Below the pieces are notes generated by a model. It was not told the origin of the DNA, searched no databases, and was given only the letters and a program-made list of their open reading frames with translations. From Candidatus Wildermuthbacteria bacterium (GTDB lineage Bacteria; Patescibacteriota; Minisyncoccia; Minisyncoccales; UBA10102), in assembly GCA_016186115.1 (NCBI GenBank), contig JACPMK010000002.1, positions 200,983 to 264,982 of the forward strand: a stretch of DNA of 64,000 bases, given 5' to 3'. Of this stretch, positions 10,851-18,662 are shown one piece after another (the stretch's first letter is position 1; each line of letters opens with the position of its first letter). The translations under genes and the position numbers were made by a program.

Positions 10851-11246
10851 AAAAAATCTTTTCAGGTAAGCCCCCCCCCACGCCTTTTACCGCTTCTTCA
10901 GAAATTGAAAGAGGCATATCTTGCGTGGTACGGCTACTACCAAATCTTACCTAAACTCCATCGCCATTCTCTTGGGCAAAGGATTGATACTCTTTTTGTC
11001 GAAATCATTGAAGCTGTTGCAATGGCAAGTTTTCTTTCTCCTCAACAAAAACATCCTTACGTGCGCCTTTCCATAAGAAAGCTTGATACATTAAAAATAC
11101 TCTTGATGGTTCTTTGGGAGACAAAATCTGTTGATGATAAAAAGTACATTGCTGTCTCTATAAAAATAAACGAGATTGGCAGAATGCTTGGCGGATGGAA
11201 CGGCCAATTACAGAAACAAAACTCTCCCGATAAGAGAGAGAAATGA
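10830..11246 (+). CDS. avd: DGR accessory variability determinant (Avd, four-helix-bundle protein)
   Basis: Avd-like pattern LP..QKLKEAYLAWYGYYQILPKLHRHSLGQRID and a C-terminal NEIGRMLGGW, comparable to EVGRILGSW of Bordetella phage bAvd. It lies on the opposite strand to RT, TR and target. The ATG at 10830 is the only canonical start, and it overlaps the RT start divergently by 21 nt, so the start is uncertain. Confidence 0.75.
   Translation: MSELNVHKKSFQVSPPPRLLPLLQKLKEAYLAWYGYYQILPKLHRHSLGQRIDTLFVEIIEAVAMASFLSPQQKHPYVRLSIRKLDTLKILLMVLWETKSVDDKKYIAVSIKINEIGRMLGGWNGQLQKQNSPDKREK
10871..10879. repeat. C9/G9 homopolymer tract
   Basis: Nine consecutive C residues encoding SPPP near the avd 5' end (codons 14-17 from ATG 10830), 21-29 nt upstream of the RT start on the other strand. 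Confidence 0.9.
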
Positions 11247-11252
11247 AGTAAG

Positions 11253-11389
11253 TTGCGGGGCAGGACGAAAGCCCACCGATTGTCAGGATTCCAGACATTG
11301 TCGGGATTGCCGTTGTTGCTGTTGAGCCATAGACCATTGTCATTGTGCTCGACATTGAACACGTTGAGGTTGCCGTCCGAGTCGGTTAT
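11253..11389 (-). repeat. DGR template repeat (TR)
   Basis: 137 nt aligning without gaps to 11739-11875 (offset 486). It reads as an Asn-codon-rich frame (ITDSDGNLNVFNVEHNDNGLWLNSNNGNPDNVWNPDNRWAFVLPRN). All but one difference from the VR are at A on the minus strand. Confidence 0.85.
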
Positions 11390-11734
11390 GCACAGAGTGT
11401 CATCTCTACCACTGCCCCTTGAATACTCTCGGGGCTGTATCGTATTCGGCATCTTTAATGCCCTAACACTCTATACCAAGTAGCTTCATTTTTTGAAGTT
11501 TCTGCGTACACCGCGCTATCTCAAACCGTAGTCGGAGATACTCTGGATGTATGGATACTGGGTTCGGCAGCAGAAAACCTTGATCTTCTGCGTATTCGCC
11601 TACTTCCATTTGTATTGTATCAAAGAAAAAGCCCCGCATCCATTCTTCGCTTGCGAGCGAAGACAGATACGGGGCTACAAACTCAAGGATCAAGTTTCGA
11701 GGATCCAAAAGATCCAAGATTCAAGACCCAAGAG

Positions 11735-12379
11735 CTACTTGCGGGGCAGGACGAAAGCCCACCGAAAGCCAGGATTCCAGACACGGTCGGGATCGCCGTT
11801 GCTGCCGTCGAGCCACAGACCACTGCCATCGTGCACGACAATGAAAACGCGGAGGTTGCCGTCCGAGTCGGTGATAGGATCCATTCCGATAAGGAACCAC
11901 TCGTCCATCGGCTGGTCAAGGTACTGCTCGCGCATGGCGGGACCAACTTCACCCGGACACCTCTGAAGACCAAGCTCCAAGGCACGCTTGTAGATGAGAT
12001 CCCGTCGCGTGGCAACCTTGAAGCCCAGCTGACTGCCAGTCACAAGCACCAGGTCCACCTCAACCACTTCCTGACTGCAGGAGGTCTTGTCGAGGATCTG
12101 GCTGGCATAGGTACCGATTTGGTACTTACCCTCGTCGAGGGCCTTGCGATACTCCCTGGGCGACTTGCGAAGACCAAGCTTGACGGTCTTCCAAATCTTG
12201 AACTCGGGGACAAGGACCTGCTGATCACGCCTTAGAATGGATGCGAAGTCCCGCTCTTCCTTGATGACCTGCAAGACATTGCAGACCTCGTCAGCGTCAC
12301 GCTTCCCGTCACGGATAAGCTCTAACACTCCCGTGGTCAGATCGAGTAACCTTGCCTTCTGCTTAGTTGTCGCAACCAT
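11735..12379 (-). CDS. DGR target (variable) protein
   Basis: 214-aa ORF whose last 46 codons are the VR. The C-terminal pattern ...NGDPDRVWNPGFRWAFVLPRK resembles FGE/C-type-lectin-fold DGR targets; the fold is an inference. Spot counts suggest higher GC than neighbouring genes. Confidence 0.8.
   Translation of the reverse strand: MVATTKQKARLLDLTTGVLELIRDGKRDADEVCNVLQVIKEERDFASILRRDQQVLVPEFKIWKTVKLGLRKSPREYRKALDEGKYQIGTYASQILDKTSCSQEVVEVDLVLVTGSQLGFKVATRRDLIYKRALELGLQRCPGEVGPAMREQYLDQPMDEWFLIGMDPITDSDGNLRVFIVVHDGSGLWLDGSNGDPDRVWNPGFRWAFVLPRK
11739..11875 (-). repeat. DGR variable repeat (VR)
   Basis: Counterpart of the TR with 19 mismatches, 18 at TR adenines. This changes 13 codons (for example N to R, I, D, S or F). 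The 3'-terminal 27 nt (11739-11765) are invariant and GC-rich, as expected of an IMH-like end. Confidence 0.85.
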
Positions 12380-12544
12380 CTTGAACCGTCCTTTCGCTCC
12401 GGTTTTCGCGGAGGATACAATGTGCTATGCGATAGATAGATCTACCGCATTCAAGATATATATAGCATAACTACTTAGAAAAGTCAAGCTTTTTGCGGTA
12501 CATTCTACTCCGAATCGCAAGTAATTTACCCAAGCCAGCCGCTA

Positions 12545-13552
12545 TTGGATACAATGGATGGCATGGTAAAACATATAACCGACAGCCAGAGAAATGAAAT
12601 CTCCGTGCTCAAACGGGCAGGACATACGCAAAAAGACATTGCCAGGATGCTTGGCAAAGATCCTTCAGCGATATCCCGAGAATTACAGAGAAACAAAAGC
12701 GACGCAGGCAGGTACTTAGCCAGAGGCGCTAAGCTGAAAACCAAGGAGCGAAGAATACAAGCGAACAAGAGGTTTAAAAAGATTGAACACAACACAAAGT
12801 TAAGAAAGTACGTTGTTAAAAAATTGAAGAAGTATCTATCTCCCGAGCAAATAGCTGGCCAATGGACCAAAAGCCATCAAAATCAGCGCATCGGCAAAGA
12901 CACCATCTACAAGTTTGTGTATGGAAAACGAAAAGACCTGGTAAAGTATCTGCGGTGTCAGAAAGGCAAGTACCGGCGCAGATATGGCACCAGGATCAGG
13001 GAAAAACAGCGAGAAGAGAGTAAAAAGCGAAGAATAGACGTGAGACCGGAAATAATCAACCTGCGCCAGAGAATCGGCGACTGGGAAGGCGATACGGTCA
13101 AGGGCAGCGGCAGATCAGGGCACATTATCACCTACGTAGAAAGAAAGTCGGGGTATCTAGTGGCCGGGGAAGCAGAGAATGCAACGGCAGAGAACATCAA
13201 CGCGTTTACCATGGGAGAGTTTAACAAGATTCCTCGCGGCAAGAGACTATCTATTACCTATGACAATGGGTCAGAGTTCGCGGGGTATGCTACCATAGAA
13301 CAAAAGACTGGAATGACCGCGTACTTCGCCTTTCCGTACCACTCATGGGAACGGGGAACCAACGAAAATACCAATGGATTGGTCAGACAGTACTTTCCGA
13401 AAGGAACCGACTTTACCGATGCGTCTCTTTCAGCAATCAGGGAAGCTGAACAGAGGTTAAACTCCAGACCAAGAAAAACGCTGGGCTTCTACACTCCATC
13501 AGAGAGGTTTTACCAACTAATCACCGGGAAGAAAATTGCGTTGGAAACTTGA
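12545..13552 (+). CDS. IS30-family DDE transposase
   Basis: 335-aa ORF with an N-terminal HTH (QRNEISVLKRAGHTQKDIARMLGKDPSAISRELQRN) and a DDE core (GDWEGD...DNGSEF...ENTNGL). I could not define the terminal inverted repeats by eye. Confidence 0.9.
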   Translation: MDTMDGMVKHITDSQRNEISVLKRAGHTQKDIARMLGKDPSAISRELQRNKSDAGRYLARGAKLKTKERRIQANKRFKKIEHNTKLRKYVVKKLKKYLSPEQIAGQWTKSHQNQRIGKDTIYKFVYGKRKDLVKYLRCQKGKYRRRYGTRIREKQREESKKRRIDVRPEIINLRQRIGDWEGDTVKGSGRSGHIITYVERKSGYLVAGEAENATAENINAFTMGEFNKIPRGKRLSITYDNGSEFAGYATIEQKTGMTAYFAFPYHSWERGTNENTNGLVRQYFPKGTDFTDASLSAIREAEQRLNSRPRKTLGFYTPSERFYQLITGKKIALET

Positions 13553-13572
13553 ATTCAGCTTGCGCAAGAAAA

Positions 13573-13595
13573 AGGGCAAGCAGGTACTGCTTGCC
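13573..13595 (+). terminator. Hairpin after the transposase gene
   Basis: Perfect 10-bp stem GGGCAAGCAG/CTGCTTGCCC about 20 nt after the stop. Only a weak T tract follows. Confidence 0.4.
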
Positions 13596-13807
13596 CTTAA
13601 TGGGGAAAGGGCTGTTCGCCTAGCGAGGTCCCCATATATCCACTATAGACGAATTCCAATATGAATGTCAAGTGCAACGTCAGGAATCAATGTCTCATAG
13701 CTTCCCTGCCTTGCCTTAGCGGGAGGCCGGAAACCATAATCCACTCCCCTTTGGAGCGGGGGCGGGAGCGCTATTTCAAACGAAAAGGGAACTAGCTTTG
13801 TCTCTGG

Positions 13808-13836
13808 ATGTCGGGTTGTGAGCTGACCATACCTAC
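13808..13836. repeat. Conserved site, copy A (ATGTCGGGTTGTG-agctga-CCATACCTAC)
   Basis: The 13-nt left arm and 10-nt right arm are identical to copy C; the 6-nt spacer differs at 2 positions. It lies 25 nt 3' of the DUF5615 toxin stop. Confidence 0.8.
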
Positions 13837-13860
13837 GGATAGTGCAGACATTAATATGGG

Positions 13861-14226
13861 TTACAGGAGGGGGCGCGAACGGACACTGCCCGGCTCGATT
13901 ACAATTATCCGTTTACGGAAGTCTTGTTCCTCCATTCCTTCAATCAACCTTTCAACTTCTTTATAAAGGGTAGTCACCGAAACTTCATTGGGAAATCGCA
14001 AAACAACCAAACCGAGCAGTTGAGTTAATGGGAACCTAGTGGGATTGGCAAATCCGAGATCTTTTGTAACAATAACGGCTTGCTTGGCGACCGCGTAGTC
14101 AAAAACGACTTCGTCGGGTTGACCGCGAAGTTCCTGTATGTTTTTTACGCATTCTGCCTCAAATCCTTTTTCTTCAAATAAAATCCTTATTGAAGATGTG
14201 ATATTTTCATCAATAAGAAAAATCAT
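13861..14226 (-). CDS. DUF5615-type (PIN-like) putative toxin
   Basis: 121-aa ORF starting MIFLIDENI..., with a 1-nt overlap onto an upstream DUF433-like gene, which is the usual pairing for this family. Confidence 0.65.
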   Translation of the reverse strand: MIFLIDENITSSIRILFEEKGFEAECVKNIQELRGQPDEVVFDYAVAKQAVIVTKDLGFANPTRFPLTQLLGLVVLRFPNEVSVTTLYKEVERLIEGMEEQDFRKRIIVIEPGSVRSRPLL

Positions 14227-14450
14227 TATTTGGCTATGAGCATTTCTTCGCCGACAAGCTTTGCGGCATATTTCAAAGCGGCTAAAACTTGCGCGCGGGT
14301 CAATCCATACTCTTTCATCACCGCTTCAGTTGTATCCCCTGCGGCAATATGGCCAACGACAACCTCCACCGGCACTCTTGTTCCGGTGATCACAGGTTTG
14401 CCAAACTGAACTTTTGCATCTACTGTAACTTGGGGGAAAATCTCCTTCAT
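14226..14450 (-). CDS. DUF433-type putative antitoxin
   Basis: 74-aa ORF with FGKPVITGTRVPVEVVV and a C-terminal HTH-like EYGLTRAQVLAALKYA, characteristic of DUF433. Confidence 0.7.
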   Translation of the reverse strand: MKEIFPQVTVDAKVQFGKPVITGTRVPVEVVVGHIAAGDTTEAVMKEYGLTRAQVLAALKYAAKLVGEEMLIAK

Positions 14451-14484
14451 ATAGGTTCATTGTATTCAAAACTTGCCGGAAAAG

Positions 14485-14718
14485 TCAAGCCAAACCCGCA
14501 ATATCATAAAATTCTACAATGGCAGGCACCACTTTTGCCGAATGAAAAAGCTGGGCAAGTTTATCAAGCCGTTCGTCTGGAACCTGAACCACGCCCACAT
14601 TAGGGTCAATGGTAGCAAAGGGATAATTTGCTATTGTTACCGGCTTTCTCGTCAGCGCCTGAAACAACGTGGATTTCCCCACATTCGGCAGCCCCACAAT
14701 TCCGACGGATAAGCTCAT
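14485..14718 (-). pseudogene. Truncated second copy of the ychF 5' end (77 codons)
   Basis: [51 protein letters not shown]...DIAGLA* is collinear with YchF residues 1-77 and stops right after the DxxG motif. The first 68 nt are nearly identical to ychF; the rest is diverged. Confidence 0.85.
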
Positions 14719-14751
14719 ATCATAAATATCCTATCATAAAACTCTCTTTCT

Positions 14752-14796
14752 CAAAAGAAAAGACCCTCTGCCCCGGTATAGAACCAGGACAGAGGG
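14752..14796 (-). terminator. Rho-independent terminator of purL
   Basis: On the minus strand CCCTCTGTCCTGG-ttctata-CCGGGGCAGAGGG forms 13 bp (two G-U pairs), followed by TCTTTTCTTTT, 29 nt after the purL stop. Confidence 0.65.
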
Positions 14797-14824
14797 CTTT
14801 ATTCAGCAAGACCACATATGGCTG

Positions 14825-17800
14825 CTACTTAGCGCACCATTCGTAGGCGTTGCTAAACATTTTGAGCCAAGGGCTTACCTCCATTCTCCGCCATTCCTCT
14901 GGCATCCAGGGCCACTGCCACAAACGGAAACAACGTTCTGGATGAGGCATCATCGCAAGATGACGTCCGTCCGGAGAGCACAGAGCCGTAATCCCGAGTG
15001 GCGAACCATTCGGATTGTACGGATACACTTCCGTTCGATCGCCGTATGGATCGATGAATGCGAGAGGCGAAAGCTTGCGCTCTGAAACCTCCTGCGCGAC
15101 CGACTGATCAGGGTAGACCAGCAAGCCTTCACCATGAGCGACCCACACACCGAGCTTCGTCCCTTCCATGCCGGCAAGAAGCACCGACGGGCTAGGCAGA
15201 ACTTCCACCTGTACCCATCGAGACTCAAACCGGCCCGAAGTGTTGTGAACGAATCTCGGCTGCTTTTCACCGGCGATCCCTTTCCATGGAACCCATCCGA
15301 GCAGCGCCATCAGCTGACAGCCGTTGCACACGCCGAGCGAGAACGTATCCTTGCGGGCGTAGAAGCGGTCGAACATCTCCCTCAGCTTCTCATTGAAAAG
15401 AATTGTCCCTGCCCATCCTTTCGCGCTATCGAACACGTCCATGTAGGAGAAGCCACCGGCAAAGATTATGCCCTGGAATTGATCCAGATCGATCCTGCCT
15501 TCAAGGAGATCACTCATCGTGACATCCCATGGAGCAAAACCGGCAGCTGCACATGCAGCCTGCATTTCTCTGTCGCCGTTCGTGCCTTCCTCGCGCAATA
15601 CTGCAACGCGAGGCTTGTCCGACGCCTCCAAAACTTCCGGAAGCGTTGCCACTGGAGTAAACGAGAGCTGATACGACGGAGCCGTACCGATGCCGGGAAG
15701 CTGGTCATCGTGACCAGAATGTTCTTCTTCGGCACACGCAGAGTTCATCTGCAGCCCTTCGATCTTGGCACTTGTCGCCTCCCACCAGCACCGGAGTTCC
15801 ATCGTCGTACTTCTGAACAGTTCTCCGGTATCTTTCGCATCGACGCTGCATGCTGTGCTGTCGAGGGTGATTCCGATCATCGAGATCGGCACTCCGAACG
15901 ATTCGCAGATTTCAAAAACCCGCTTTTCATTCTCGGTCCCGAGTTCAATGACGAACCCGAGCTCCTCGCCAAACAGACTCGCCAGAGCTTCAGCAGCATA
16001 AGGGATGCTCACGCTGAATCCGCACCGACTCGCCATACACATCTCGGCAACTGCGGTTATGAGGCCGCCATCGCTTCGATCATGTAGAGACAGAATCAAC
16101 CTTTCGTCGATCATCTGCTGCACCGCAAGAAACTCGTTCTTGAGGAGTTTGGGATTTTCAACGTCAGGCGACTCATCGCCGAGCTGGTCGAACGCTTGAG
16201 CCAAAGCTGAACCGCCGAGGCGATTTTTACCCTGTCCAAGATCGATGAGTGCCAACGCACTTCGCCCTGGTTTCTTAATGTCCGGCGTGACCTTCTTCGT
16301 GATGTCGGGCACGGGTGCGTATCCGAGCATCACCAAACTTCCGGGAGCCTTTACGAGCTCTCCCGAAATCGTCGCAGCCATTGAAAGGCTATCCTTTCCG
16401 CCATCAACCGCGATACCGAGCCCGACCATGAGGTCAGACATAGCAACCGCAGCGTCATAGAGGAGGGCACCTTCGTGAGGCAGCTTCGCAGGCCACATCC
16501 AGTTTGCACGGCACCGGATTTCTCCGATGTCGCTGATCCGAGCCGAAGCCATGTTGGTCAGCATTTCTGCCACCGCCATTCGGGCTCCGGCTTTTGCATC
16601 GATGAGCATCTTGATCGGCTGTTCGCCGACCGCAGAAGCACTTCCTGTAAGAGCGAAGTGACTCTGCGCATTGATGCTGACATTCGCAATCGGAATCTGA
16701 GCGATCCCGCAGCATTGCTGCTGCGCTACGAGCCCAGTGACACTACGATCCACCTTGTGAACCAAGAATCCCTTAGAGCCCACGCCAGGAAGTTTGAACA
16801 CCGCCTGGATTGCTTCGCCGACAGTGACATCCGGCAAACAGAGAGGTTTGAAGCCTTCGGTCCGCCGTGTTGACTCGAACGTCTTCTGAGGCATGTTCGT
16901 GAGAATCTGCTCCAGGTTCAGTTCGACGGACGTTGTCCCGTTTTTAGTGTCTTCGACAACAACGTTTCCACTGCCATCAATTTCACCGAGGACTTCGCAG
17001 TTGACGCGCTCGCGTTTGCAGACCGACTTGAAAAGCTCGATCTGCTCCGCCCTGATCAGGAGTCCGTATCCCTCTTGGAATTCGGCGCTCCAGATTTTGA
17101 GGACGGACATCGTCTTATCGCCAAGCACGATGCCACGAATGTCGATCTTGCCGCCAAGTGGCTCAAGCAACTCCGTGAGGACATTGCTCGGACCGCCGGC
17201 GCCTTGATCGTGAATGCTCGAGATGGGATTCTTGTCTCCCATTTCGACGCAGGCCCGAATTACTCGGTTCGCACGATTCTCCATCTCCGCGTTGCCGCGT
17301 TGAACGGAGTTGAAATCGAGGTCCTCGGTATTCTCGCCCTGCATCATGCTTGAGGCTGAGCCTCCGCCTACTCCGATGGGGTAAGCAGGACCGCCGATGC
17401 GCACGATGAGCATTCCAACTTCAGACTTCTCCTTCGCAGTATGTCCGTCGAACAGATGTCCAACGCCACCGCTGTAAAGGATCGGCTTACGTGGCTCGCG
17501 CCATTCGCTTCCGAGTGTCTGACCGAAAGTTCGGGTAAAGCCCAGTGTGAGGGGTTCGCCGAACTGATTGCCGTAGCTCGATACGCCGTTGCTGCCCTCG
17601 ATGAGAATCGAAAGCGGCGAAGCGTACTTCGACGGCTTGTCCTTGCCGACAACCTCGCCCGGAATTTGATATCCAGGAATGAAAAGGTTCCCGACAAAGT
17701 AACCGGCGACGCCGATGCCAACGATGCCTCCGCGTCCGACCGCACTGTTGTCGCGTATCCGTCCGCCGGAACCCGTTTGGGCTCCAGGGAAAGGCGCGAC

Positions 17801-18646
17801 GAAGGTCGGATGGTTATGCGTTTCCGCGGTGCAGGTGATGTGAACCACCTTATCGAGAATTCGCATTTCCGAAGGCTTGCCCGGAGTGACTGGAAGGATC
17901 AGGCGTGTGTCAAATCCCTTGATCACGCCGGCGTTGTCTTTGAAGGCAACGAGGCTGCAGTTGTCACTGCCGAGACTTTTCAGCGGTCGCTGAACGATCT
18001 CAAACAACGTCTCCTGCATTGGTGTTCCGTCGATGACGATTTGGCCTTTGAAGTACCAATGCCGGCTGTGCTCGCTGTTTGCGTTGCCCAGCTGGAACAA
18101 TTCGACATCGGTCGGATTCCTGCGAAGGACTTCCGCAAAGAGATGTTGATAGTACTCAAGATCCCGGGCATCCATGCCAAGGCCAAAAGCACCGTTCATC
18201 TCCTCGAGCGCGACTTTTCCGCGACCCATGAGGTCGATCACTCGGACATCTTCCGGCGTGGTACCGGTGTCAAAGCTCTCGATCCCGTTCGGGTAGTGCT
18301 GCTCGGTCATCCGATCAAAACGAGTCTTGAGGATGTCTGCCGACTGGCCGTTTCCGGCAGCGTAGCGGTGAGTGCGTTCAATGCGCGTGATCTGCCAAAG
18401 CCCCATGGCCTGACAAATCGATACGGCATTCGACGAGAACGGAGTCTCGATCGAAAGCCGGGGTCCGATTTCCACAGCTTCCGAAGCTGAGATGTAAGGT
18501 TCGATTCCGGTGTTACCGGGCTCGAACGTTTCTGCGATGAGCCATTGGAGCTGCTTGAGCTCCGGCTCGGACAACTGATCTATGGTCTCGATGTAGAAAC
18601 CAAGATCCAAGCCGTCATTGATCTGGCGGTACATGCGATAGATCAT
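14825..18646 (-). CDS. purL: Phosphoribosylformylglycinamidine synthase, single-chain large form
   Basis: 1273-aa ORF with an N-terminal domain, duplicated PurM-like synthetase domains, and a C-terminal glutaminase domain (GVCNGCQLM nucleophile, HGEG, PHPER). It appears intact. Sampled lines run 55-60% GC. Confidence 0.95.
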   Translation of the reverse strand: MIYRMYRQINDGLDLGFYIETIDQLSEPELKQLQWLIAETFEPGNTGIEPYISASEAVEIGPRLSIETPFSSNAVSICQAMGLWQITRIERTHRYAAGNGQSADILKTRFDRMTEQHYPNGIESFDTGTTPEDVRVIDLMGRGKVALEEMNGAFGLGMDARDLEYYQHLFAEVLRRNPTDVELFQLGNANSEHSRHWYFKGQIVIDGTPMQETLFEIVQRPLKSLGSDNCSLVAFKDNAGVIKGFDTRLILPVTPGKPSEMRILDKVVHITCTAETHNHPTFVAPFPGAQTGSGGRIRDNSAVGRGGIVGIGVAGYFVGNLFIPGYQIPGEVVGKDKPSKYASPLSILIEGSNGVSSYGNQFGEPLTLGFTRTFGQTLGSEWREPRKPILYSGGVGHLFDGHTAKEKSEVGMLIVRIGGPAYPIGVGGGSASSMMQGENTEDLDFNSVQRGNAEMENRANRVIRACVEMGDKNPISSIHDQGAGGPSNVLTELLEPLGGKIDIRGIVLGDKTMSVLKIWSAEFQEGYGLLIRAEQIELFKSVCKRERVNCEVLGEIDGSGNVVVEDTKNGTTSVELNLEQILTNMPQKTFESTRRTEGFKPLCLPDVTVGEAIQAVFKLPGVGSKGFLVHKVDRSVTGLVAQQQCCGIAQIPIANVSINAQSHFALTGSASAVGEQPIKMLIDAKAGARMAVAEMLTNMASARISDIGEIRCRANWMWPAKLPHEGALLYDAAVAMSDLMVGLGIAVDGGKDSLSMAATISGELVKAPGSLVMLGYAPVPDITKKVTPDIKKPGRSALALIDLGQGKNRLGGSALAQAFDQLGDESPDVENPKLLKNEFLAVQQMIDERLILSLHDRSDGGLITAVAEMCMASRCGFSVSIPYAAEALASLFGEELGFVIELGTENEKRVFEICESFGVPISMIGITLDSTACSVDAKDTGELFRSTTMELRCWWEATSAKIEGLQMNSACAEEEHSGHDDQLPGIGTAPSYQLSFTPVATLPEVLEASDKPRVAVLREEGTNGDREMQAACAAAGFAPWDVTMSDLLEGRIDLDQFQGIIFAGGFSYMDVFDSAKGWAGTILFNEKLREMFDRFYARKDTFSLGVCNGCQLMALLGWVPWKGIAGEKQPRFVHNTSGRFESRWVQVEVLPSPSVLLAGMEGTKLGVWVAHGEGLLVYPDQSVAQEVSERKLSPLAFIDPYGDRTEVYPYNPNGSPLGITALCSPDGRHLAMMPHPERCFRLWQWPWMPEEWRRMEVSPWLKMFSNAYEWCAK

Positions 18647-18662
18647 GGCTCTCCCCTTTCTT

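Larger units (their letters stand above)
9806..14650. mobile_element. Putative ~4.8-kb island bracketed by ychF 5'-end direct repeats (DGR + IS30 + TA)
   Basis: The segment lies between the two ychF start-region repeats. Its content is entirely accessory (retroelement, transposase, toxin-antitoxin). No integrase is seen. Confidence 0.45.

Noticed and set aside
11057-11452. 131-aa minus-strand ORF covering the template repeat
   Set aside because: Its only protein-like part is the TR read in the VR frame (Asn-rich copy of the target C-terminus). The rest runs antisense through the avd 3' end. It is better explained as the non-coding TR than as a gene.
11463-11717. 84-aa minus-strand ORF between the VR and the TR
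   Set aside because: It has no recognisable motif, and it overlaps the post-VR hairpins and a compositional transition. It could be real, but I cannot support a call.
12400-13700. Terminal inverted repeats and target-site duplication of the IS30-family element
   Set aside because: I could only find 6-8-nt matches between the flanks (CAAGCT, GATATAT), which are not convincing. The element boundaries are therefore left undefined, and the element may be truncated.
15134-18490. Long plus-strand ORFs (317 aa and 349 aa, among others) antisense to purL
   Set aside because: These are typical shadow ORFs in a GC-richer gene. They give low-complexity Arg/Ser/Ala-rich translations and overlap a well-supported 1273-aa gene.
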